In this document: positions 7,593-15,608 of the stretch, piece by piece | Layout: each line of letters begins with the position of its first letter | Position numbering within the stretch: position 1 is the stretch's first letter | Assembly: GCF_000155895.1 (NCBI RefSeq) | Contig: NZ_DS995298.1 | Location: 300,001-332,000 of the forward strand | Length of the DNA: 32,000 nt | From: Candidatus Pelagibacter sp. HTCC7211 | Lineage (GTDB): Bacteria; Pseudomonadota; Alphaproteobacteria; Pelagibacterales; Pelagibacteraceae | Reading direction: 5' to 3' | Translations under genes and position numbers: made by a program | Notes under the pieces: model-generated | Told to the model about the DNA's origin: nothing | The model's database searches: none | Seen by the model: the letters and a program-made list of their open reading frames with translations, nothing else

Positions 7593-8951
7593 ATGTTTGA
7601 AAATTTAACAAATAAATTCGAAGAAATTTTTTCTTCTTTAAAAAAGGCTCCTTCACTTAATGAGGCACAAGTAGATGAGGGTTTGAGAAGTATTAGACAG
7701 GCTTTGTTGGAGGCCGATGTTACTCTTGAGGTGGCTAAAGAATTTATTGAGAATGTAAAACCAAAGGTTCTAGGACAAGAAATCATTAGATCAACTTCTC
7801 CTGGAGATATGGTTGTTAAAATTGTCTATGACGAGTTGGTAAATTTATTAGGTGAAACTAATAATGAAATAAACCTTAATGCGGTACCACCTGTACCTAT
7901 GATGCTTGTCGGGCTTCAAGGATCAGGAAAAACAACAACTACTGCTAAATTAGCAAAATATTTAGAAACAAATAAAAAGAAAAAAGTAATGATGGTTAGT
8001 CTTGATATTTACAGACCAGCCGCACAAGAACAGCTTAGATCACTTGGAGAACAAAATAATATTTTAACTCTTCCTATAATAGAAGGTCAACAACCAACCG
8101 ACATTTGTCAAAGAGCAATAAGTGCAGCAAATCTTAATGGAGCTGAAATAATTTTATTTGATACAGCTGGCAGAACTCAAATTGATCTACAAATGATGAG
8201 TGAAATAAAACAAATTGAAAGCGTTATAAAACCCACAGAAACGTTTTTAGTTGCTGACTCGCTAACAGGACAAGTGGCAGCAGCAGTTGCAAAAGAATTT
8301 AAAAATACAGTTAGTCTTTCTGGAATAATTTTGACTAGAGCAGATGGTGATGCAAGAGGTGGAGCAGCTGTAAGTATGAAATATGTTTCAAATGTTCCAA
8401 TAAAATTTTTAGGTATTGGAGAGAAAATAGATAATCTTGAAGTGTTTCACCCAGATAGAATAGCAAATAGAATTCTTGGAATGGGAGATATAGTGTCTCT
8501 TGTTGAAAAAGCTGCTCAAGATCTAGGTGAAGAAAACATAAAAAAAGCAGAGGAGAATTTAAAAAAAGGTCAATTTTCTATGCAAGATTATTTAACACAG
8601 CTTAGACAAATGAAAAAAATGGGTGGTATCGAGGGTATAATGTCTTTTATGCCAGGAGTTTCTAAGATGAAATCTCAAATGGACTCAGCAGGAATTGATG
8701 AAAGTATTATTACAAAAAATGAAGCTATAATTTTATCAATGACTAAAAAAGAGAGAGAGAACCCAAAAATTATAGGAGGTTCTAGAAAAAAAAGAATTGC
8801 TAATGGCTCTGGCACAGATCCAGCCACTATCAATAAATTGCTTAAGCAATTTAAAATGATGTCTGAAATGATGAAAAAGATGTCAAAAGGAAATCTGAAA
8901 GGTATGTCTGACAAAGGAATACCGCCAGAGCTATTTAACCAATTAAAATAA
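7593..8951 (+). CDS. ffh: Signal recognition particle protein Ffh (SRP54 homologue)
   Basis: It has the conserved N-terminus MFENLTNKFEEIF, the motifs GLQGSGKTTT, DTAGR and TRADGDARGG, and a Met-rich M domain (QMKKMGGIEGIMSFMPG ... MMSEMMKKM). I prefer ATG 7593 to the track's GTG at 7566, which adds nine residues unlike any Ffh N-terminus. Confidence 0.95.
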   Translation: MFENLTNKFEEIFSSLKKAPSLNEAQVDEGLRSIRQALLEADVTLEVAKEFIENVKPKVLGQEIIRSTSPGDMVVKIVYDELVNLLGETNNEINLNAVPPVPMMLVGLQGSGKTTTTAKLAKYLETNKKKKVMMVSLDIYRPAAQEQLRSLGEQNNILTLPIIEGQQPTDICQRAISAANLNGAEIILFDTAGRTQIDLQMMSEIKQIESVIKPTETFLVADSLTGQVAAAVAKEFKNTVSLSGIILTRADGDARGGAAVSMKYVSNVPIKFLGIGEKIDNLEVFHPDRIANRILGMGDIVSLVEKAAQDLGEENIKKAEENLKKGQFSMQDYLTQLRQMKKMGGIEGIMSFMPGVSKMKSQMDSAGIDESIITKNEAIILSMTKKERENPKIIGGSRKKRIANGSGTDPATINKLLKQFKMMSEMMKKMSKGNLKGMSDKGIPPELFNQLK

Positions 8952-8955
8952 TATA

Positions 8956-8961
8956 AAGGAG
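8956..8961 (+). promoter_or_regulatory. Shine-Dalgarno sequence AAGGAG for rpsP
   Basis: AAGGAG lies 5 nt upstream of the rpsP ATG at 8967, inside the 15-nt ffh-rpsP spacer. Confidence 0.6.
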
Positions 8962-8966
8962 AACAA

Positions 8967-9470
8967 ATGTTAAAATTAAGATTATCAAGAGGGGGAACAA
9001 AAAAACGTCCTGTTTACAAAGTAGTTGTAGCAGACAGTCGGTTTGCAAGAGACGGAAGATTCATAGAGAAAGTAGGCTTCTTTAACCCACTTTTGCCTAA
9101 AGATAAAAAAGAAAGAGTAGGTCTTGAGGCTGAAAGAATAAAGTATTGGTTAGGTCAAGGTGCTCAACCAACTACAAGAGTTGCAAGAATTCTAGGTGAA
9201 AATGAATTAATGCCTATGCCTGCTAATGGTAACAATCCAAAAAAAGCAGTTCCAAAAAAAGAAAGAAAAAAAGAAGGTGAAGAAGCACCAGCAGCTGCTC
9301 CAAAAACAGAAGCTTCAGCAGCAGAAGCTCCTAAAGAAGAAGCTCCAGCAGCAGAAGCAGCACCAGCAGCAGAAGCAGCACCAACAGCAGAAGCAGCACC
9401 AGCAGCAGAAGCAGCACCAGCACCAGCAGCAGCACCAGCAGCAGAAGCTCCTAAAGAGGAACAAAAATAA
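8967..9470 (+). CDS. rpsP: 30S ribosomal protein S16 with a long Lys-rich, then Ala/Pro/Glu-rich, C-terminal extension
   Basis: The N-terminal ~77 aa are canonical S16 ([41 protein letters not shown]...). Residues ~78-167 are a low-complexity tail ending in APAAEA-type repeats and PKEEQK. Confidence 0.95.
   Translation: MLKLRLSRGGTKKRPVYKVVVADSRFARDGRFIEKVGFFNPLLPKDKKERVGLEAERIKYWLGQGAQPTTRVARILGENELMPMPANGNNPKKAVPKKERKKEGEEAPAAAPKTEASAAEAPKEEAPAAEAAPAAEAAPTAEAAPAAEAAPAPAAAPAAEAPKEEQK
9342..9449 (+). repeat. In-frame imperfect tandem repeat, 18 nt x 6 (hexapeptide APAAEA and variants), inside the rpsP tail
   Basis: Read directly from the sequence: the unit gca/gct cca gca gca gaa gca encodes [36 protein letters not shown] (S16 residues 126-161). 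The stretch is locally GC-rich in an AT-rich genome. Confidence 0.85.
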
Positions 9471-9484
9471 TTTAAACTTTATTT

Positions 9485-10171
9485 ATGTGGCAAGCTCAAG
9501 TATTTACACTTTACCCAGAAGTTTTTCCTGGACCTTTATCAAAAGGACTTTATGGAAAAGCTTTATCTAAAAAATTGTGGAACTTGAATATTGTAAACAT
9601 TAGAGACGCAGCTGAGGATAAACATAAAACGGTTGATGATACTCCTTACGGCGGTGGTTCTGGTATGCTTTTAAAACCTGATGTCTTAGCAAAATCACTA
9701 GATCAAAATGAAATTAAAGGTGGAAGAATAATTTATTTATCACCAAGAGGTAAAAAGTTTGATCAAAATTATGCTCGAGAATTGTCTGATGAAAAATCAA
9801 TATCTCTAATTTGTGGGCATTTTGAGGGAGTTGATGAAAGAGTGCTTGCTACTAGAAATATTGAAGAGATAAGTATTGGAGATTATGTTTTGTCAGGCGG
9901 TGAAACAGCTGCATTTGTTGTAATAGATAGTGTACTTAGACTTTTGCCTGGCATTTTGGGTAATGAAAATTCTAAGGTTGATGAAAGTTTTGAAAACGGG
10001 TTATTAGAGTATCCACAGTACACAAAACCTCAAATTTGGGAGGAAAAAGCTGTGCCAGAGGTCCTATTATCAGGTGATCACAGCAAAATTAAAGACTGGC
10101 GTTTATCTCAATCTGAGGCTATAACACGCGTCCGAAGACCAGATTTATGGGAAAAATATAAGAAGAATTAA
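9485..10171 (+). CDS. trmD: tRNA (guanine37-N1)-methyltransferase
   Basis: 228 aa with TrmD motifs: [44 protein letters not shown]. Confidence 0.95.
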   Translation: MWQAQVFTLYPEVFPGPLSKGLYGKALSKKLWNLNIVNIRDAAEDKHKTVDDTPYGGGSGMLLKPDVLAKSLDQNEIKGGRIIYLSPRGKKFDQNYARELSDEKSISLICGHFEGVDERVLATRNIEEISIGDYVLSGGETAAFVVIDSVLRLLPGILGNENSKVDESFENGLLEYPQYTKPQIWEEKAVPEVLLSGDHSKIKDWRLSQSEAITRVRRPDLWEKYKKN

Positions 10172-10187
10172 TTTGATAAATATAGCT

Positions 10188-10697
10188 ATGAAAACAATTG
10201 AAGAAATAAATCAGCACAATGTTAAGAAAATACTTTCTGAGAAAAAAATTCCAGATTTTTATCCAGGGGATGTTGTAAAAGTTGGAGTTAGAATAACAGA
10301 GGGTAAAAAAGAAAGAATTCAATATTTTGAAGGTGTTTGTATTGCTAAAAAAAGTAGAGATTTAAACTCTTCTTTTACGGTCAGAAAAATTTCTTTTGGG
10401 GAAGGTGTTGAGAGAACTTTTCCTTTATATGGAACATTAATAGATTCAATTAAAGTTATTAGATCAGGTAAAGTTAGAAGAGCTAAATTATATTACTTAA
10501 GGGATAGAACAGGTAAATCAGCAAGAATTGCAGAAAAGATTAGAAAAAAAATCGGGATTGATGTTGACGTAAAACCAGAAACTGTCACAGAGGAGAATGT
10601 AGCTCCAGCAGTAGAAGCAGCACCAACAGCAGAAGCTCCAGCAGCAGAAGCTACTAAAGAAGAACAACAATCAGAAAGCACTTCAGAAAAAAAATAA
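10188..10697 (+). CDS. rplS: 50S ribosomal protein L19 with an Ala/Pro/Glu-rich C-terminal extension
   Basis: The core is canonical L19 ([32 protein letters not shown] ... RRAKLYYLR). ATG 10188 (MKTIEEINQ) fits L19 N-termini better than the track's TTG at 10173. The tail is ...[32 protein letters not shown]. Confidence 0.93.
   Translation: MKTIEEINQHNVKKILSEKKIPDFYPGDVVKVGVRITEGKKERIQYFEGVCIAKKSRDLNSSFTVRKISFGEGVERTFPLYGTLIDSIKVIRSGKVRRAKLYYLRDRTGKSARIAEKIRKKIGIDVDVKPETVTEENVAPAVEAAPTAEAPAAEATKEEQQSESTSEKK
10602..10652 (+). repeat. Ala/Pro/Glu hexapeptide-type repeat in the rplS tail, related to the rpsP repeat
   Basis: It encodes [17 protein letters not shown]. The 24-nt string agaagcagcaccaacagcagaagc (10613-10636) is identical to rpsP 9371-9394. 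With the 8 nt upstream included, the match is 32 nt with one mismatch. Confidence 0.7.
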
Positions 10698-10707
10698 TTT
10701 TTTTTCA

Positions 10708-12111
10708 ATGTCCACTACTCTTTACGATAAAATTTGGAATGATCACTTAGTAGATCAACAAGATGATGGAACAGCATTACTTTTTGTTGATAGGCATTTA
10801 GTGCATGAAGTAACTAGTCCACAAGCTTTTGAAGGTTTAAGAAATACAAACAGAAAAGTAAGAAGACCTAATTTAACTTTAGCTGTAGCTGATCACAATG
10901 TACCCACAACAAATAGAACAAAAGGAATAGCTGATGAAGAGTCAAAAATACAAGTAGATACTTTAGAGGCTAACTGTAAAGAATTTGGTATTCAACTTTT
11001 TGGAATGGATGATAAAAGGCAAGGGATAGTACATATCATAGGACCTGAGCAAGGTTTCACACAACCAGGAACAGTGATTGTTTGTGGAGACAGTCATACA
11101 GCAACACATGGTGCTTTTGGTTCTTTAGCATTCGGTATTGGTACATCTGAGGTTGAACATGTTTTAGCTACACAAACATTAGTTCAAAAAAAAGCAAAAA
11201 ATTTTAGAATAAATGTTAATGGTCAATTACCTCTTGGAGTTACATCCAAAGACGTAATTCTTCAAATTATTGGTAAAATAGGAACAGCCGGAGGAACAGG
11301 TTCTGTAATAGAATATTCAGGTGATTTAATAAGGTCTTTAAGTGTTGAACAAAGAATGACAATTTGCAATATGACAATTGAAGGTGGTGCAAGGGCAGGG
11401 TTAATAGCACCTGATGAAAAGATATTTGATTATTTAAAAGGAAAACCAATGTCACCAAAAGGAGATAATTGGGAAAAGGCTGTTGGCTATTGGAATACTC
11501 TTAAAACTGACACTGATGCAAGCTTTGATCAAGAAATAAACTTAAACGCCAATGAAATTTTACCAATGATTACTTGGGGAACTTCTCCTCAAGATGTGAT
11601 TACAATCGATGGTAAGGTTCCTAATCCACAGAGCGAAAACGACGAAGATAAAAAAAATTCTATCGAGAGAGCTTTAAAATATATGGGTTTAAAACCTGAT
11701 ATGGCAGCTAAAGATATTAAAATTGATAAAGTATTTATAGGAAGTTGTACAAATGGAAGAATAGAAGACCTAAGAGAAGCTGCTAAAATTTTAAAAGATA
11801 AAAAAATATCATCACATGTAAATGCAATGGTTGTTCCAGGTTCTGGATTAGTTAAAGAACAAGCAGAACAAGAAGGTTTAGATAAAATATTTTTAGCCTC
11901 TGGATTTGAGTGGAGAGAGCCTGGATGCTCAATGTGTTTAGCAATGAACGCCGACAAATTGAAACCTGAGGAAAGATGTGCTTCTACTTCAAATAGAAAT
12001 TTTGAAGGTAGACAAGGTAGAGGCGGAAGAACTCATCTAGTAAGTCCTGGAATGGCGGCTGCCGCAGCAATTTCTGGAAGCTTAGACGATGTTAGAAAGT
12101 ATCAAAATTAA
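10708..12111 (+). CDS. leuC: 3-isopropylmalate dehydratase large subunit
   Basis: 467 aa of the aconitase family with Fe-S ligand contexts VCGDSHT, GSCTNGR and GCSMCLAMN. The N-terminus [15 protein letters not shown] is typical of LeuC. Confidence 0.95.
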   Translation: MSTTLYDKIWNDHLVDQQDDGTALLFVDRHLVHEVTSPQAFEGLRNTNRKVRRPNLTLAVADHNVPTTNRTKGIADEESKIQVDTLEANCKEFGIQLFGMDDKRQGIVHIIGPEQGFTQPGTVIVCGDSHTATHGAFGSLAFGIGTSEVEHVLATQTLVQKKAKNFRINVNGQLPLGVTSKDVILQIIGKIGTAGGTGSVIEYSGDLIRSLSVEQRMTICNMTIEGGARAGLIAPDEKIFDYLKGKPMSPKGDNWEKAVGYWNTLKTDTDASFDQEINLNANEILPMITWGTSPQDVITIDGKVPNPQSENDEDKKNSIERALKYMGLKPDMAAKDIKIDKVFIGSCTNGRIEDLREAAKILKDKKISSHVNAMVVPGSGLVKEQAEQEGLDKIFLASGFEWREPGCSMCLAMNADKLKPEERCASTSNRNFEGRQGRGGRTHLVSPGMAAAAAISGSLDDVRKYQN

Positions 12112-12717
12112 ATGAAAAAATTTAATTCATTAAAAGGCATACCTGCGTATTTACCAATAGTAAATATCGATACAGATATGATTATTCCAAAACAATTTTT
12201 AAAAACTATCAAAAGAACGGGGCTTGGAAAAAATTTATTTTTTGAAATGAGATATGACAACCAAGGTAAAGAAATTAGTGATTTTGTATTAAACCAAAGT
12301 CCATACAATGATTCAAAAATCTTAATTACTGGTAAAAATTTTGGATGTGGTTCTTCAAGAGAACATGCGCCATGGGCATTATTAGATTTTGGAATAACTT
12401 GTGTTATTAGTTCTAGCTACGCAGACATTTTTTTTAGCAATTGTTTTAAAAATGGAATTTTACCTATTATTTTAGAGGAAGAAAAAATTAAAGAATTGTC
12501 AGAATACGCAAATAGAAAAGAAGAAATTTCTGTTGATTTAAATGAAGAAAAAATAGTTTATGGAAATAATGAAATTAAATTTCAAGTAGATCCATTTAAA
12601 AAAAAATGTTTATTAGAAGGTCTTGATGATATTGCTCTTTCTTTAAAGAAATCAGATAAAATTGAAAATTTTGAATCAAACTTAAAAAATAAGAAACCAT
12701 GGATTTTTAATGATTAA
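12112..12717 (+). CDS. leuD: 3-isopropylmalate dehydratase small subunit
   Basis: 201 aa with the [17 protein letters not shown] motif. Its start abuts the leuC stop (TAAATG). Confidence 0.95.
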   Translation: MKKFNSLKGIPAYLPIVNIDTDMIIPKQFLKTIKRTGLGKNLFFEMRYDNQGKEISDFVLNQSPYNDSKILITGKNFGCGSSREHAPWALLDFGITCVISSSYADIFFSNCFKNGILPIILEEEKIKELSEYANRKEEISVDLNEEKIVYGNNEIKFQVDPFKKKCLLEGLDDIALSLKKSDKIENFESNLKNKKPWIFND

Positions 12718-13816
12718 AGTAAGAAAAAGAAAAATACTTTTATTGCCAGGTGACGGAATAGGTCCTGAGGTTATTAATGAAGTTAAAAAAATCATTAATT
12801 GGTTTAATGATAAAAAATCTTTAGATTTTGAAATAGATGAGGCTCTTGTTGGCGGTTGTTCGTATGACAAACATGGAACGCCGATTACTGATGAGGTTTT
12901 TTATAAAGCTCTTGAAAGTGAAGTGGTAATGCTAGGAGCTGTTGGAGGCCCCAAATGGGATGATATTGAATTTTCAAAAAAACCTGAAAGAGCACTATTA
13001 AAGCTTAGAAAAGAATTAAAATTATTCGCAAATTTAAGACCAGCAATATGTTTTGAACAATTAGTTGATGCATCAACTCTCAAACCTGAAATTGTATCAG
13101 GCTTAGATATAATGATAGTTAGAGAGCTGACAGGTGGAATTTATTTTGGTGAACCAAGGGGAATTAAACCAATAGACAATGGTGAAAGAAAAGGAATAAA
13201 CACACATACTTATACGACTAGTGAGATTACTAGAGTAGCTAGAATTGCTTTTGATTTAGCAAAAAAAAGATCTAATAAAGTAACCTCATGTGAAAAATCA
13301 AATGTAATGGAAGCAGGTCAACTTTGGAAAGAAGAAGTCCAAGAACTTCACGATAAAGAATATAAAGATGTAGAGCTAAGTCATATGCTTGCAGATAATT
13401 GCGCAATGCAGCTTTTAAGAAATCCAAAACAATTTGATGTTATTGTAACTGATAATTTGTTTGGTGACATGCTTTCAGATCAAGCTTCAATGCTAACGGG
13501 ATCTTTAGGGCTGTTACCTTCTGCATCTTTAGGTGCAAAAAACAAGGACGGAGAAATGAGAGCGATGTATGAGCCTATTCATGGTTCAGCACCAGATATT
13601 GCCGGTAAAGGAATTGCTAATCCAATTGCATCAATATTAAGTTTTGCAATGGCACTAAGATACTCATTAGACCTTGATAACGAAGCTGATAGTCTGGAAA
13701 AAGCCGTTCAAGCAGTACTTAATGAAGGTCTAAGAACTAAAGATATTTTGTCAGAAGGAATGAAAGAGACATCTACATCAGCGATGGGTGATGCGATAAT
13801 TTCAAAATTGCAATAA
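12710..13816 (+). CDS. leuB: 3-isopropylmalate dehydrogenase
   Basis: 368 aa with [11 protein letters not shown], the NLFGDMLSD signature and [18 protein letters not shown]. It overlaps leuD by 8 nt. Confidence 0.95.
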   Translation: MIKVRKRKILLLPGDGIGPEVINEVKKIINWFNDKKSLDFEIDEALVGGCSYDKHGTPITDEVFYKALESEVVMLGAVGGPKWDDIEFSKKPERALLKLRKELKLFANLRPAICFEQLVDASTLKPEIVSGLDIMIVRELTGGIYFGEPRGIKPIDNGERKGINTHTYTTSEITRVARIAFDLAKKRSNKVTSCEKSNVMEAGQLWKEEVQELHDKEYKDVELSHMLADNCAMQLLRNPKQFDVIVTDNLFGDMLSDQASMLTGSLGLLPSASLGAKNKDGEMRAMYEPIHGSAPDIAGKGIANPIASILSFAMALRYSLDLDNEADSLEKAVQAVLNEGLRTKDILSEGMKETSTSAMGDAIISKLQ

Positions 13817-13829
13817 TTCTAGAATTATT
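13812..13829. repeat. Perfect 18-bp palindrome AATAATTCTAGAATTATT spanning the leuB stop codon, 14 nt upstream of the dmdC ATG. Candidate operator or hairpin.
   Basis: All nine base pairs were checked by hand (13812 pairs with 13829, through to 13820 with 13821). It lies in one of the few spacers longer than 20 nt in the window. The palindrome is certain; a regulatory function is inferred. Confidence 0.5.
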
Positions 13830-13842
13830 CTAAGGTCCCGGA

Positions 13843-15606
13843 ATGCCAAATTATACTGCTCCAGTAGAAGACATGTTATTTCTCTATGAAAAATTAAGAG
13901 ATAACAAGAACTATAATGAACTGGAAAAATACAACGAAGTTAGTCTAGATTTAGTTAAAGATATTTTAGAGGAAGCAGCTAAAATAAATCAAAATCTTAT
14001 ATTACCATTAGCAGTAGCTGGAGATGAAAATCCAGCTAAATTAGAAAATGGAGTTGTTAGAACTCCTCCAGGATACAAAGAGGCATATAACAAATATATT
14101 GAAGATGGATGGGTATCTTTATCATGTGATCCTAAATATGGTGGACAAGGCATGCCTAAAACAGTTAGCGCATTTTTTGATGAAATGTTGTCTGCAACTT
14201 CTCTTTCTTTTAAACTTTATAGTGAACTAACTATAGGTGCTTACAATTGTATTTTAAGACATGCAGCCGAAGACATGAAAGATAAATATCTTCCAAAAAT
14301 GGTTGAGGGTAAATGGAGCGGAACAATGTGTTTAACGGAACCAGTCTGTGGGACAGATTTAGGAATGTTAAAAACAAAAGCAGTAGAACAATCTGATGGT
14401 ACTTATAAGATTAGTGGACAAAAAATATTTATTACTTCAGGTGATCAAGATCTTACCGAAAATATTATTCATTTAGTTATTGCTAGAGCTTCGGACTCAC
14501 CCCCTGGAACTAAGGGGATTAGTTTGTTTCTTGTTCCTAAATTTATAGTAAATGAAGATGGCACTATTGGACCTAGAAATGGGGTAAGCACTGGATCTGT
14601 GGAGCACAAAATGGGAATTAAAGGTTCTGCAACATGCGTTTTAAATTTTGATGAAGCTGTGGGCTATATGATTGGACCTAAAAATAAGGGTCTAAGCCAA
14701 ATGTTTACTATGATGAACTTAGAAAGAATAATAGTTGGAGTTCAAGGATTAGGAATTTCAGAAATAGCATATCAAAATTCACTTAGTTATGCCAAAGAAA
14801 GAAAACAAGGAAAGACAAATAATTCAAAATCAACTAATGGTGCAGACTTTATTATTGAGCATGCAGATATAAGAAGATCTCTATTAAATATGAAATCTAT
14901 CATTGAAGGTGAAAGAGCTTTATGTTTTTGGCTCTCTCAGCAAACAGAAGTCAGCCTTAATCATCCAGATGAAAAAATTAAACAAGAAGCTTCTGATTAT
15001 GTTTCGTTAATGACACCAGTAGTGAAATCTTTATTTACTGACCTAGCGACTGAAATTACAAGTGATGCGATGCAAATTCATGGTGGATATGGTTTTACAA
15101 AAGATCAAGGTATTGAACAACTATATCGTGATAATAGAATTACTCCAATTTATGAGGGAACAAATTCAGTTCAAGCAGCGGATTTGGTATTTAGAAAACT
15201 ATCAAATAAAAACGGTAACATAATTGGTAATTTTTTAAATATGATTAAGATGGAGTGTGAAAGTAAAAATGAAAAGGTCAAAATCTTTACAAAAGAATTA
15301 AACTATTATTTAGATATTTTATCAAAATTTACTGATTGGATTAATGATAAGAGCAAAGAAGAAAAAGATGATGTTAGTGCAGCAGCAAATGATTATCTAA
15401 AAACGCTTGGTTTTGTTTCATTAGCTTATTCTTGGATTAAAATCTTAGAAGTCAGTTTTAATGATTATGATACAAACAAAGATTTCTATGAAGATAAAAT
15501 CAATACTGCAAAATTCTTTTTTGATAAGGTTTTGCCCAGAGCTGAACATCACTATAAAACTGCAATATCTGGAAGTTCAAATATAATGAATTTCAAATTT
15601 AATTAG
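13843..15606 (+). CDS. dmdC: Long-form acyl-CoA dehydrogenase; probable 3-methylmercaptopropionyl-CoA dehydrogenase
   Basis: 587 aa of the ACAD family (MCLTEPVCGTDLG; QIHGGYGFTKDQGIEQLYRDNRITPIYEGTN with the catalytic Glu context), plus an extra C-terminal domain of about 140 aa. The dmdC assignment rests on its position in a cluster with an acyl-CoA ligase and a GcvT-fold enzyme, as reported for Pelagibacter. Confidence 0.8.
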   Translation: MPNYTAPVEDMLFLYEKLRDNKNYNELEKYNEVSLDLVKDILEEAAKINQNLILPLAVAGDENPAKLENGVVRTPPGYKEAYNKYIEDGWVSLSCDPKYGGQGMPKTVSAFFDEMLSATSLSFKLYSELTIGAYNCILRHAAEDMKDKYLPKMVEGKWSGTMCLTEPVCGTDLGMLKTKAVEQSDGTYKISGQKIFITSGDQDLTENIIHLVIARASDSPPGTKGISLFLVPKFIVNEDGTIGPRNGVSTGSVEHKMGIKGSATCVLNFDEAVGYMIGPKNKGLSQMFTMMNLERIIVGVQGLGISEIAYQNSLSYAKERKQGKTNNSKSTNGADFIIEHADIRRSLLNMKSIIEGERALCFWLSQQTEVSLNHPDEKIKQEASDYVSLMTPVVKSLFTDLATEITSDAMQIHGGYGFTKDQGIEQLYRDNRITPIYEGTNSVQAADLVFRKLSNKNGNIIGNFLNMIKMECESKNEKVKIFTKELNYYLDILSKFTDWINDKSKEEKDDVSAAANDYLKTLGFVSLAYSWIKILEVSFNDYDTNKDFYEDKINTAKFFFDKVLPRAEHHYKTAISGSSNIMNFKFN

Positions 15607-15608
15607 TT

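Noticed and set aside
7447-7786. Two minus-strand ORFs (7447..7656 and 7541..7786) covering the dapF-ffh spacer and the start of ffh
   Set aside because: Neither has a recognisable motif. They are antisense to the conserved Ffh N-terminus and owe their openness to the locally GC-richer sequence. The region is better explained as non-coding structure plus ffh.
9226-9570. 114-aa ORF with QQQK/HQQ repeats overlapping the rpsP 3' end and the trmD 5' end
   Set aside because: It is the +1 frame reading of the GCA/GAA-rich tandem repeat in the rpsP tail and it bridges two well-supported genes. It is a frame artefact of the repeat, not a gene.
10687-10705. A8-TAA-T8 inverted repeat at the rplS/leuC junction as a possible terminator
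   Set aside because: The stem is entirely A-U and only 8 bp, so it is thermodynamically weak. It is built from the Lys codons ending rplS plus a T-run, and lies 2 nt from the leuC start. It is more likely compositional than a functional intrinsic terminator.
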